A stretch of 63,442 nucleotides of DNA, filler included, from Octopus bimaculoides (GCF_001194135.2; 4 parts of 4 records of this genome joined end to end with filler, not necessarily neighbours in it); one strand, 5' to 3'. Shown: positions 10,990 to 23,352, counted from the whole stretch's first letter. Program-made: numbers and translations. Notes: generated by a model from the letters alone, not told the origin.

Positions 10990-11330
10990 CCAATGAAGAG
11001 TGTTTTCTTTATTTACCTCTTTTCTTTGAGACGAGTGTCAATTTTACCATAGAAAACTCACTGAACATGAATGTGCTTAGTTTCTTATCTGAGATCTTCA
11101 CATGCTATTTTGTTGTTTTGTGTCTTAGTATAAAAGTTTACAAGAAATTGGCTCCAGTATTTTCTACACTCTATGTGATAAAATAACAGGACATCTACAT
11201 ACAAACAATAGAGGATGGATTTGTGAGGAGTACAGTTGATTTTCTTCGCCATCTGATGTAAATGGAAACTGACAAATGTTGGGCTGATTAGAGAACCCAT
11301 AGACACTTCTTACACATACTTTGAAATTTT
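10990..11330 (-). mobile_element. Probable Penelope-like RT remnant
   Basis: ORF 11085..11306: SMGSLISPTFVSFHLHQM...ILYCLYVDVLLF resembles PLE RT motifs G.SMGSP.SP.LAN.F and F..RYVDD.F, with a degraded catalytic motif. Confidence 0.55.
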
Positions 11331-11889
11331 AATTATATGATGTTGTTATTATTATTATTATTCATTTTGTTCATCATGTACAAATATGTGTGTATTCATC
11401 ATTATTTTATTTATTTCATTCAATTTTAGAAAAATTGAAGCATGTCTTTGGCAAATACATTAAATGAGTTTAATTTTGGTGCATAACTTTGTGCTCACTC
11501 TATATATATATGGAGAAATGATTAGTGCTAAGGCAAGGTAGGCAAGTAATAGTTTCTTTAGTAGTTCTTTCAGTATAAAGAAAGGAAATAATATAACAGT
11601 GAGAATATTAAATGAAGATGATGTTAAATGTTGTGTGAACTAGTACACAAGTAAAGAAACTCAATACTTAAAGAGTAGATGTAGTCACAAAGATTAAAGA
11701 CTTTGAGAAATTCCCTGGTATAAATCGATAGTATATTTGGCTGCTATGTATATTTTGATTGTAGAAATTTGGGAGATTATATACTTGTGAATGTTAAAAT
11801 ACTTTCAAATTATGTACTTAATCAAGCATTCCTTGTCAGTAAATTCTGACACAGGACAAATTTTATGGACAAGGCCAATCAGCAGAAGA

Positions 11890-12112
11890 CCCTTTAATAT
11901 TTAAACCGACCATGTCTGGCCCAATTATTCTACCTAGTTTCTATGTTCAGACTGGTCAGATTTCGTCTCTTACAACTATCCCTACACTATCATTCTAAAA
12001 ATAAACAATCACATCACTGAAATCTCAAAGCTATGAGATAATGCATGATTAATTAAAAACAATGTGAATAAATAAGCATTACATTTGATAAAGTAATTTG
12101 AATGCTAAAGGG
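11890..12112. mobile_element. piggyBac-type MITE
   Basis: Right end gaatgctaaaggg|TTAA (12113-12116); left end ccctttaatatt is a degenerate inverted match and the left TTAA is not preserved. Confidence 0.5.
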
Positions 12113-13127
12113 TTAAAGTATAGACCAGGAATGAGATAATTGCCTCAGCTGGACTCACTTGCAGTAATACTTGTTAATGTTAATTCTTCATTTCTCCTCA
12201 TTTACTTTTATTCCTCACTTAAAAAAGAAAATATTAATTAATCACAAAATAAGAGCTTTGATCTAAATTGAATGGTTATCAGCAAAGATGGTGGGAAATT
12301 TGACAGGTGACACTAATAAATTCTGAGAACAAGGAACAGAAGAATGAGAATGAGGTTGTGAATTTAATGTGTTTGTGTTACATACATCATCCATCTATCT
12401 ATCTATATATCTATATATCTATATATATATATATATATATATAGCAGCAGTTGGGGTTGGGATCTGGCCAACTTCACAACAGGCAGCATAAGAACAAGGC
12501 AATCAGATAGACAGATGTCTTGCTATCTTCACACACACATACAGTATTTAGCAATCAAAATACAGTTATGTAACAGTCGTTTCTTTTAGAAAGACAAAGT
12601 CTAGTTTGCAGAGTGGAGAAGGATAAAGTCAAATGATTTAATCCTAGTATATCCTTGGCAGATATTTCATTGAGTGATAATGCTATGTCTCAACTATGAA
12701 CTATATTGTATGTAGATCAGTTTTCTCTTTGAAGTACACAACCTAATGTCAGTGAACGGCAATAATATGAGAAAGGTATTGGCTGAGAACTTCCTTGTAG
12801 ACTAGTGAAAACGTTTAAGGGAGGTAACTGATCCACAACTAATATTTTCTGGGATTCAGTAAAATAGAGAATGGAGTACAAATTAAAACGGTGACATAAA
12901 CAATAATTTAAAACTTTCATAAAGTTAGTTCAACAATTATAAAGAGAGATAACTGCCTTTACTGAAACAGGTTTGGTGAAATAAACTGGAGAAACAGAAC
13001 TCAATGCATGAGCAAACGTTTTCCTTAATCATCAGAAAAGTTACTAAAGAGACTCAAAGACCAAGAGTTAGGGTAAGTGGCATAAAACAGTTGGCTTTTG
13101 ACTCACTCTCATACCTCTTCTTAATAA

Positions 13128-13183
<56 letters not shown>

Positions 13184-13332
13184 ATAGAAAAAATCTTAAA
13201 TGCATTCAGATCTTTGTTCTAGATTGTAACAGAATAGATGAATATCTTCAAATGCCTTAATAAAGAGGGTCTGGGAACATGTCAACACAGTTTAATTCTG
13301 TTTCAGTTTTGTTACAAACACCAAAAAAATAT

Positions 13333-13338
13333 TTTATT
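13333..13338 (-). terminator. Candidate AATAAA polyadenylation signal of the zinc-finger gene
   Basis: tttatt on the plus strand ~165 nt past the stop codon; weak evidence in AT-rich DNA. Confidence 0.25.
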
Positions 13339-13500
13339 GATGTCAATGAAGAAAAGTTTTATAAAATATATATAAATATATATATAAAATGCATGTTTAA
13401 TATATAAAATACATGTATGGACATGTGAAATGCCCCACCCACACTATTCCAAGCTGAGTCTAGATTAGTCAATTTATGAAGAAACACAACAGGTTGTTTT

Positions 13501-15378
13501 TCATGGAACTACACCATCTCGCTCATGTAGTCTTTGGTGCTGAGTTAAATTACTGTTTTGTGAAAATGATCTTCCACAAATGTCACACTTGAAAGGTTTC
13601 TCTCCTGTATGCACACGGATATGTTTCAACAATGCACTTTTCGAGGCAAATGCTTTCCCACAGACTTCACAAGCAAATGGTTTACCTCCAGTGTGTAGCC
13701 ATTTGTGCTTTAATAAATTACCTTTAATATAAAAAGATTTACCACAATACTCACAGCTGTAAGGTTTTTCTCCAGTGTGCGATCGATGGTGTCTTAATAA
13801 AGTGGATTTAAGAGAGAATCGTTTATTACAGATATCACAGGTATATGGCTTCTCTCCTGAATGTAAACGTTGATGCTGGATTAATTCAGTGCTTAAATAA
13901 AAAGATTTCCCACATATTTCACAATCATAGGTTTTGCCAGTAGTGTGTATTCGATTATGTCGTGATAAACTGAATCTTTTAGAAAAAGCCTTGCCACAGA
14001 TTTCACATGCATAAGGTTTCTCACCTGTATGGACTCGTTTGTGCTCTAAGAAGTGGAAACTTGCTGCAAAAGATTTATGACAAACTTCACACTGGTATGG
14101 TTTCTCTCCAGTGTGTATTTGAGTGTGTTTTGACAGTGTGGTGTGTTGAGAGAAAGATTTCCCGCAAATATCGCATGTATAAGGTCTCTCTCCCGTGTGA
14201 GTTCGAACGTGTTTCACCAAGTTTGTTTTCAGAGAGAAACATCTCCCACATATATTACAGCAATATGGTTTTTCTTTTGTATGTATTCGTTTGTGATCAA
14301 CTAAACTACTACTTTGTGAAAAAGCTTTCCCACAGATATCACAACTATATGGTTTCTCACCAGTGTGTACACGAATGTGTTTTAACAATGTGCCATTTGT
14401 AGAGAAAGATTTACCACAATCTACACATGTATAAGGTCTTTCTCCTGTGTGCAGTCGTTTATGTTTGTTGAAATTGTTATTGGCATTGAAAGATTTACCA
14501 CAAATGTCACATCTGTATGGTTTCAACCCCGTATGAATTTGTTTATGTCTTGATAAACTTGATCTTTTAGGAAAAGCTTTACCACAAACATCACAAGAAA
14601 AAAGCTTTTCATTTATATGCACCTGTTTATGTTCTTGTAGAAGACTATTTTCAGGAAATGCATCACCACAAATTTTACATAAAAATGGATTTTCCCCTGT
14701 ATGTAACCACAGATGCTTTGATAAACTAATTTTCACAGAAAACCTTTTACCACAGATTTGACAAGAGTAGGATTTCTTTTCCATGTGTGTTTGAATATGC
14801 TTTGACAGACTACTACTTTGGAAAAACAATTTGCCACATATTTCACATAGAAAGGATACTTCACTTGTCTGGTTTTGATTTTGCTTTCCTGCAGCATTTG
14901 GAATAGGGAAATATTTACTATCCATTGTATGCTTATAGGAAGTGTGTTTATTGTGTGTTTCTATATGCTCAGATAACCTACCATCATTAAGGAATAATTT
15001 ATCACTAAGCTTATGCTGATATGATTTACTTTCATAATATAAATGTTTCTGGTCTGATGAACAACTGTTCTGAGAATAAACATTATCATTAATATATTGA
15101 TAATCATTTTCTTGGGAAACCCTCACTTTTCCTTTGTAAGAATTATTGTTTGGGGAACAAGCAACACCCTTCTTTTTACCTGTATGTGATGTTTCCCCTT
15201 TGTGCATTTGTTTGTGCTTATGGAAAATATATTTTAAAGGAAAGCTTTTACCACATATTTTACACAAATCAATCTTCAACTGTTTGTGCGTCCTCCTGTG
15301 TTGTAAAAGGTTAAACCTTAGAACAAAACTTCTTCCACACATTTTACAGTGAAATTGTTTTTGCTGAGAATGTGACAT
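13501..15378 (-). CDS. C2H2 (Kruppel-type) zinc-finger protein, 625 aa, 18 intact fingers (2 N-terminal plus a tandem array of 16), no KRAB/SCAN/BTB domain in this exon
   Basis: Uninterrupted ORF with repeated C-x2-C-x12-H-x3-H units and TGEKPY-type linkers; no stops or frameshifts, unlike the flanking repeats. Confidence 0.95.
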   Translation of the reverse strand: MSHSQQKQFHCKMCGRSFVLRFNLLQHRRTHKQLKIDLCKICGKSFPLKYIFHKHKQMHKGETSHTGKKKGVACSPNNNSYKGKVRVSQENDYQYINDNVYSQNSCSSDQKHLYYESKSYQHKLSDKLFLNDGRLSEHIETHNKHTSYKHTMDSKYFPIPNAAGKQNQNQTSEVSFLCEICGKLFFQSSSLSKHIQTHMEKKSYSCQICGKRFSVKISLSKHLWLHTGENPFLCKICGDAFPENSLLQEHKQVHINEKLFSCDVCGKAFPKRSSLSRHKQIHTGLKPYRCDICGKSFNANNNFNKHKRLHTGERPYTCVDCGKSFSTNGTLLKHIRVHTGEKPYSCDICGKAFSQSSSLVDHKRIHTKEKPYCCNICGRCFSLKTNLVKHVRTHTGERPYTCDICGKSFSQHTTLSKHTQIHTGEKPYQCEVCHKSFAASFHFLEHKRVHTGEKPYACEICGKAFSKRFSLSRHNRIHTTGKTYDCEICGKSFYLSTELIQHQRLHSGEKPYTCDICNKRFSLKSTLLRHHRSHTGEKPYSCEYCGKSFYIKGNLLKHKWLHTGGKPFACEVCGKAFASKSALLKHIRVHTGEKPFKCDICGRSFSQNSNLTQHQRLHERDGVVP

Positions 15379-16304
15379 GTTTTTGTTTTTTTTTTAATAT
15401 TTTTTTTTTAGACTCTCTTATGGAGTATTTCTTTCTGGTAACTTTTCATGAATCAGTTTTGTCTCCACTTAAAGTGTGTTGCCAAAAGTGAATGGTCTGG
15501 CTTAAATGGAAACATTATCCTACATTCTTTTATTTGATGAAATCTTCTTTATAGTTGACTGACTTTTTCCATAAGATTCAATAAACCAGCCAGGTTTTAA
15601 AATTATATTAAAATGAAGTAAAATGCCATTGTCAATAAAGTGACAAAAACAGATCAACAGATGACCACAACATTACTAAATAAATGGTAAATTGTAACAT
15701 AAACTCTGAAACAGTAATAAGCCAACCATTTTGGGATTTTATCTGTGCTTCAAGTTGATTTGTAAAAAAGAAAAAGATTCTATATTTTGATATTTATTGC
15801 TCTATTGCACTTGAACATGGTGCTGTAACTGAGAATCACCATCTGTCTTCTAATAAATAACATCAATGATAAAGTGCCACATCTCTTCCATTGGCTAATT
15901 CATTGATAAAGGTTTGATGTCATACCAAGAATTCGTCATCAATATGGCAATGGTATTTCTGGAAGTAGAAACAAAGTAAAAGATCACTATTTATGAAACA
16001 AAAAAATACAGAAATGGTAGAATGTCAAACTAAACTCTTCTCAATATTTAGTTTAATTCTCCTATACCACAAGTGTTGGTAAATTAATTACTAGTCAACT
16101 TAAAGTGAATGTTTTATTAAGCGTGCAGAATACTGTATTATTAGCCTTAAGAGATCCTCTCATAAAGGTGCATGGTGCATAAAAGCACAGGTATAAATCG
16201 TATGCACCATGTGCAAATGTGAGAGGACTTCTCAAGGTTAATAATGCAGCATTTGACATTCTAACAAGACATCCATATTAAGATGAATATAAAGACTGCT
16301 TTTT

Positions 16305-16975
16305 GATACTAACATGGTTCTGGATTCAGTCCCACTGCACAGCACCTTGGGCAAGTGCCTTCTACTATAGTTTCAGGCCAACCAAAGCATTGTGAGTGAA
16401 TTTGGTAGACAGAAACTGAAAGGAGCCTGTGACATATATATTTAGTAGAAAGTGGGTTATACATCTTTAGATTGTATACCTGACTTTCTACTATAAAATT
16501 AAAGAAATAGACGGAACGCTGAACTCCAGACTAAACAACTTAAACAACATTTATTTACTTGGTAAAACATACAAATCTTTTAGTTATTCATCTTTAGAGG
16601 TGAGAATAACGAGCTGTCGAGTATAAGACCGAAAGATGTAGAGACAGCTTTTAAACACACGTCCATGCTCAATCGCTGGCCAGCGAGAAAGAGAATGAAT
16701 TGAGCGGGAAACGCTTGCTTGTTTAATTCTATGCATGCGTAAGACTACGCATGCGAAGGCGTTACTACATATATATATTTGTGTTTGTACCCTCCATCAT
16801 TGCTTGACAACTGATGTTGGTGTGTTTACATCCCCTTAACTTAGTGGTTCAGCAGAAGAGACCCATAGTACTAAGCTTACAAAGAATAGTCTTGTGATCA
16901 ATTTGTTTAACTGAACTCCCTTAAGATGGTGCTCCAGCATGGCTGCAGTCAAATGACTGAAACGTGTAAAAGAAT
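16305..16975 (+). mobile_element. SINE family A interrupted at its internal (TA)n by a ~330-bp insertion (16440-16770)
   Basis: 5' half ends gaaactgaaaggagcctgtgacatatata; the 3' half resumes tgtgtttgtaccctcc...gctccagcatggctgcagtcaaatgactgaaac. Confidence 0.8.
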
Positions 16976-17154
16976 AATTAATTAATTACTAGTTATTTGT
17001 GATTGATTCAGTTGATTAATTGACTCGTAGGTAATATGGGAAATCATTCTTTTTGAAACAGAAAAGCTCAAAAGCTTTGTATTTCAGGAGAAGAAATTTA
17101 AAACTGTCATCTTGCCCCCTAAAACAAGAGATAAATGGCATTAACTGGCAAGCT

Positions 17155-17560
17155 TCGTTTTTACCTTTTATTTGTTTCAGTCATTGGACTGCAGCCATGC
17201 TGGGGCACCACCTTAAAGCATTTAGTCAAGCAAATCAACTCTAGTATTTATTCTTTTAATTCTGGTACTTATTCTTTTGTCTCTTATGCTGAACTTCTAA
17301 GTTATGGGGATGCAAACAAACCAACACCAATCATCAAGTGGTGGGTGTGATGGGGAGGCAAACACAAACATATACACATGCATGCATACATACAAACATA
17401 CAACAGGCCTTCACACAATTTCCATCAACCAAATTCACTGACAAAGCATTGGTCAGCCCAGCCCAGGGCTGACTTACCTAAGGTAGCATGCAGTGGGACT
17501 GAACCCAAAACCATGTGGTTGCAAAACAAGCTTCTTAACCACACAGCCATACCTAAGCCA
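17155..17560 (-). mobile_element. SINE family A, degenerate near-full copy
   Basis: Collinear reverse complement of 49890-50300. Confidence 0.8.
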
Positions 17561-18883
17561 ACACAGGAAGCTTGATGAGAGCTTGTATCTTGCTCTATGT
17601 GATGAATCTTGTATCAGATCAATGGAACTACTTGCACAGACATTTATACCATTAATGTAACCCATACAACATAGTGTGTAACAAAACTTACATGCACAGT
17701 GCATCTGAGCTACTCTCAGCTCAGTTTCACTCAAAAGTTTTATGTCCATCTGAAGTTATAGAAGCAGACACCTCTCAAAGTTACTGCACAGTGGAATCAA
17801 ACCCTGGATCTCATTATTGCAAAGCAAACTCCTTAATTATTCAGCCTTGTCCTATGCTACTTCTCACAAACAGTTAAAATAGCAATTACTCATTAATTAA
17901 TAATAAATCATTTAGTGTAGTAGAGGATCAAGTTGACTGAATCTTCTCCCTTGCTACCAATTTTATAGAAGGGATAAAATTAAATACTGCATGCTCTGCA
18001 TTTTTCTTTCTTTCTTTTTTTTTTCTTTTTTTTTTTTTTTTTTTTNNNNNNNNNNNNNNNNNNNNNNNNNNNNNNNNNNNNNNNNNNNNNNNNNNNNNNN
18101 NNNNNNNNNNNNNNNNNNNNNNNNNNNNNNNNNNNNNNNNNNNNNNNNNNNNNNNNNNNNNNNNNNNNNNNNNNNNNNNNNNNNNNNNNNNNNNNNNNNN
18201 NNNNNNNNNNNNNNNNNNNNNNNNNNNNNNNNNNNNNNNNNNNNNNNNNNNNNNNNNNNNNNNNNNNNNNNNNNNNNNNNNNNNNNNNNNNNNNNNNNNN
18301 NNNNNNNNNNNNNNNNNNNNNNNNNNNNNNNNNNNNNNNNNNNNNNNNNNNNNNNNNNNNNNNNNNNNNNNNNNNNNNNNNNNNNNNNNNNNNNNNNNNN
18401 NNNNNNNNNNNNNNNNNNNNNNNNNNNNNNNNNNNNNNNNNNNNNNNNNNNNNNNNNNNNNNNNNNNNNNNNNNNNNNNNNNNNNNNNNNNNNNNNNNNN
18501 NNNNNNNNNNNNNNNNNNNNNNNNNNNNNNNNNNNNNNNNNNNNNNNNNNNNNNNNNNNNNNNNNNNNNNNNNNNNNNNNNNNNNNNNNNNNNNNNNNNN
18601 NNNNNNNNNNNNNNNNNNNNNNNNNNNNNNNNNNNNNNNNNNNNNNNNNNNNNNNNNNNNNNNNNNNNNNNNNNNNNNNNNNNNNNNNNNNNNNNNNNNN
18701 NNNNNNNNNNNNNNNNNNNNNNNNNNNNNNNNNNNNNNNNNNNNNNNNNNNNNNNNNNNNNNNNNNNNNNNNNNNNNNNNNNNNNNNNNNNNNNNNNNNN
18801 NNNNNNNNNNNNNNNNNNNNNNNNNNNNNNNNNNNNNNNNNNNNNNNNNNNNNNNNNNNNNNNNNNNNNNNNNNNNNNNNNNN

Positions 18884-19025
18884 GCGGTTCGGCAAAAAGA
18901 GACCGATAGAATAAGTACTAGGCTTCCAAAGAATAAGTCCTGGGGTCGATTTGCTCGATTAAAGGCGGTGCTCCAGCATGGCCACAGTCAAATGACTGAA
19001 ACAAGTAAAAGAGTAAAAGAGTAAA
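18884..19025 (+). mobile_element. SINE family A 3' half (begins at a gap edge)
   Basis: gcggttcggcaaaaagagaccgatagaataagtactagg...gtcaaatgactgaaacaagtaaaagagtaaaagagt. Confidence 0.85.
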
Positions 19026-19564
19026 ACAGCATGTATTATAGATCCTAATGTGCCACATTTTGGTTCGGAAAAAAAGGGCAGGAACAAGAAACCGGAATTA
19101 TTGGAAAATGTTTTTCTTTTTTCCAATGAATGAATTACGGTGACCTAATATGTCACAATCTGCAATCTGGCATTAATATATCCAGTGATTTTTAAGAGGT
19201 ATGTAAAAGATATTTTGTTTTAATATTATGATTTTACTTGTTTCACAAACACAAACACTAAGGATTTTGTATCATTCTTTCTCTCTCCTGTCCAGACTTT
19301 GTTACCACTAACTTTTATAACTTCAGCATTTTAACTTATTATTCTTTTCAAACTTGTTTGAATTTTCAATCTAATACATTTTGCAGAAAATGTAGTTCTG
19401 CAAAATGGTTATCTTAAAATAAAGGTAAAGAAAAGGGTCTAATGCAATTTCGCACCTCACCTTCAAAAACGCATTTTTGGGGTNNNNNNNNNNNNNNNNN
19501 NNNNNNNNNNNNNNNNNNNNNNNNNNNNNNNNNNNNNNNNNNNNNNNNNNNNNNNNNNNTGTCA

Positions 19565-19830
19565 TTTGAAAGGTATTTATATACAATTTTATTAAAAGAT
19601 ATTTATTTTCCTCAAAGTTATGGGCGAAAACCTCGGATCTTGTGAATTTTCCGAAGTCCTCTCTCCACCCTCTCGGAAAAGATTTTACGCACAAATTTCT
19701 TTATAACCGTAATGTACGCCGTTTGAAAGGTATTTATATAAAATTTCATTTACAAAAAGACTTTCCTAAAAGTTATGAGGGAAAAACTCGGATCTTGTGA
19801 ATTTTCCGAAGTCCTCTCCCCACCCAACCC
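19565..19830. repeat. Tandem duplication, period ~156 bp
   Basis: tttgaaaggtatttatata at 19565 and 19722; ggatcttgtgaattttccgaagtcctctc at 19635 and 19790. Confidence 0.8.
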
Positions 19831-22498
19831 ATTGCTTTCTGCGCATTTTTGTTTTCTTATTCGTTTCATACAATTTTTTTTACACCCGTTGCACTATTTT
19901 TTTTATTTCGTTTCCAGGTAATATTGTAAACATTAACCCAATTAACGCCCATGAACCCACATAAAGAAACCCACAACGAGAAAATGAGCCAAGACAGCCA
20001 CGAAGTAAAAACTCGACCTGCTAGAAACAGCCTTCAAATCTCCCTCAAATTATATTCCGACGGAGTCCCAGTAAAAAGATGGGATAGTCACGGCTGGATG
20101 CTTTAGATTTACTCAACCAAGATTGTCTTGTAAGCAACAGCAGCAGCAGAAACAATATAAATATTGTCGGAAATTTGATAACATTTTTTACATTCATATC
20201 AACGTTTCTTATCTCTACAGTGAAATGTTTATAAAACTGAACTGGAGTTTGTTTATAAACAAACTGGATACAAGAAGGATGGAAAAAATTGAAATCCTTA
20301 GGAAAATTTTGTTTTTCTCAGACTTGTAATTACCGTTGTATGAAACACAGGAATAATAACAAAATGTGGTGGTGGCGTAGGACTATTCTTTTCCTTTCTC
20401 GTGAGGTATGGGACTTTGTGGTATAGCTGTTTGAATTTCCGCCAAAATATTATAGCGGATGGTTACGACTTGGAATTTTTACTGTGAACCTAGTCCGATA
20501 TTTCGCATTTGGTATCCAAATAACACCAAGATTGCTTTTAACTTTAATCTCTCCAATCTGGAGAAAATAAATTCCAGTAGTATAATCAGACCAATTCAAT
20601 TAATTAATACGTATCTCATGTAAAATTATTAAAAATAAATTAAAAATGAAACAAAGAAAAAACCTTCGGACCAAGCCAAAAGAAATTAATATTTTCTCTA
20701 GTTGTTTTTAAAAATACATGTACACAAAAATAATAATTTCATAACATTCTACTCTGTTTAAGATTTCCATCTTCGATAATTAACATCTTGTATATCAGAA
20801 TATAAAATATAAAAGCATAAGACATTCCCACAAAGAATATGTTTGGTCTATCAAAGAGCTGCTGTCCCATCTTGCTTCTGCAATCATCCATACACTTTTT
20901 CCATTTTGATGGGATCCATCTGGATACACGAGCCTCACATTTTCCATCTCTCCACACCATTTCTCTGAACACTGCACTAAACACCCTCAAAGTACACAAA
21001 TTTTAACTTTCCTCTTTCCCATCGAACAGTGTAGTCTTTTTAATCATTAATCTTCGGTCAAAATTCGACACAGGCGCGATATACACATTACAAAGGATCT
21101 ATGAGACAGCTAGGTCTGCTAGAAACAGCAGCTAAATTTTCTTCAAATCACATACAGTTTTGAAATGAAAGAACTTTGGATAATGTAGTCCGGCGTACAA
21201 TATGAAAGAGGAAAAAAAAAAAGAAAGAATAACAAAGGAATGCCTTTGATTATAAACCTGTCTGCTCTATCAAGACTGATCAGGGTCTAAACGACAAATC
21301 CTTTTTTTCAACTTTCCAGTCGCCCTTTACTCCTCTCAGGATCAACAAAATAAAAATAGGGAGAAAACAACACGAAAAGCAATTTAGTTCATGTAGTAGT
21401 AGCAGCAGCAACAACGACACAAAGCTATGTATGTTTCTGGCGAGGGATGGATCGGAGATTGTTTTCACACTTGAATGAGCTTTAGAGAACAAACAATGGA
21501 AAGTTCCCAACTATGACCTTTATGAAAAGTAAAAAAGGGTCATTTCTAATAATGGCTGATAAGTATTAACTGTAGATCCAGATAAAGAAATACAAATTTT
21601 GCAAGATAACGAAATAAAAACTCGTGCCGAATGACATTAGGGCATTTAAAAAAAAAATTAGCTATGTTTTGCTTCCATCGCTGACAATTTTGAGATTAAA
21701 TACATCACTTCACATGAAATCAAGCATCGGGCATAAAATATAAATAAAAGAGTAAATGTTCTTGACAAGTAGCACCAGTTTTAACAATACTGACAATAAT
21801 TCTTAAACAAAGCTCTCACACACCAATAACATACAAATCATATTTGACAAACAGATGCTAAAACAACTCAACTTACCAGCCGTGCTATCCTATATACTTT
21901 TCTCTCTCTCTCATTGTAAACAATACACATCCAATGAAAAAAACAGAGTTACTGTCATATCATTATCCACTAAGATTTTATCAAAATTATATCATATTAA
22001 AATTTTAATTTAGAAAACCACAACAAGCAGTCACACGTGTCACGGCTGACTTGTTCCGTAACCCAGATTACAGGAGAGACTAAGCGATAAACATTAGTCA
22101 ATAGCATAGCTACAAACAATAGACTTAGTTTCGCACTCAGTAGAGTTATACTATGTTGATAGGGTATCACTCTGCCTCGAACGAAAACGGAACTTTTCTC
22201 CCACTAAACACGTAGATTAACTCTAAGAGATTATTTCTTAATTCCTTGAAATTATCTCCCCCTCTTCTTCGGGTGGTGCGACGCTTTTTTTTTTTCCAAT
22301 CTAAAAGATTTTTTATGTGCGGTATTTAATACATCACCTTTCAGCTTAATTATCTAAATCCATGATATTGGTCCATTATAATTATTTACTTTAGCCCATT
22401 TTTTTTTAATCATTCAAGTTATACTGGCTCAAAACTATTCATAACTCATTTTCTATATATAAAAAAATCTTTATCAATTAATCAATAGGCTTGGTTAG

Positions 22499-22542
22499 AC
22501 TATAGTATGATGAGGCCTAATAGACTGAAACGTGTCTATAGT
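22499..22542 (+). ncRNA. Degenerate hammerhead-like motif
   Basis: actata-gta-TGATGA-g-gcc-taata-gac-t-GAAA-cgtg-TC-tatagt. C3 is lost and stem II is damaged, but GAAA..GTC and the actata/tatagt stem are present. Confidence 0.45.
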
Positions 22543-22669
22543 TGTCCTTTACCCTCAACAATGAGATTTCCTTTCCTCCAAACATGTAAATTAACTTTGA
22601 GAAATTAATTCTTAATTTTTGAAATTATCCCCCTTCTTTGAGAGTTGCTAACAACTGTCACTAGTATTT

Positions 22670-22848
22670 TGTTTTCTTTCTCCAAATATCTAGGGCACCA
22701 CCTTGAAGAATTTGGGTCAAACGAATCAACCCCAGCACTTATTTTTCTAAGTCTCGTGTTTATTGTCAGTTTCTTTTGCCAAACCACTAAGTTACAGGGG
22801 CATAAAGACACCAATATTGTTTGTCAAGTGGTGGGGAGGACAGAGACA

Positions 22849-22860
<12 letters not shown>
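22670..22860 (-). mobile_element. SINE family A 3' half
   Basis: gcaccaccttgaag...aatcaaccccagcactta...gccaaaccactaagttacgggg-like...gtcaagtggtggggaggacagagacac. Confidence 0.7.
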
Positions 22861-22937
<77 letters not shown>

Positions 22938-23092
22938 TATTTTGTTTAAAAGAGTTCCAACACTGTCTGTTTTTTATGTTTTATTTATATTCCTGCAGAA
23001 CTAATGTGGGGTATAGAATATGGAATATACAATATATAATATAATATANNNNNNNNNNNNNNNNNNNNNNNNNNNNNNNNNNNNNNNNNNNN

Positions 23093-23104
23093 TTAATTAA
23101 TTAA
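23093..23104. other. TTAATTAATTAA scaffolding linker inside an N-run (also 53582-53593 and 59862-59873)
   Basis: Identical 12-mer isolated between ~40-N runs three times; it has stop codons in all six frames. Confidence 0.9.
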
Positions 23105-23296
23105 NNNNNNNNNNNNNNNNNNNNNNNNNNNNNNNNNNNNNNNNNNNNATATATATATATATATATACATATACAGGTGTGTGTGTGTATATATGTGCGT
23201 GTGTGTGTTTGTATGTGTGTGTATGTATAACCGTACATATATTTTATAATTTCACTTAGGCACATATACATGTGAGTATATCTATCTATCTATCTT

Positions 23297-23352
<56 letters not shown>

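Larger units (their letters stand above)
15959..21876 (-). other. Candidate 5' UTR intron of the zinc-finger gene
   Basis: Minus-strand acceptor ctttgtttctacttccag|AAATACC (intron ends at 15959) and consensus donor GCTG|gtaagt (exon ends at 21877). The pairing of the two sites is inferred only. Confidence 0.3.

Noticed and set aside
13005-13040. Minus-strand CTGATGA-ttaag-GAAA-acgttt
   Set aside because: No stem II pairing and no stem I; compatible with chance in AT-rich DNA.
20221-20404. Plus-strand acceptor/donor pair
   Set aside because: Stops in all three frames and no other support.
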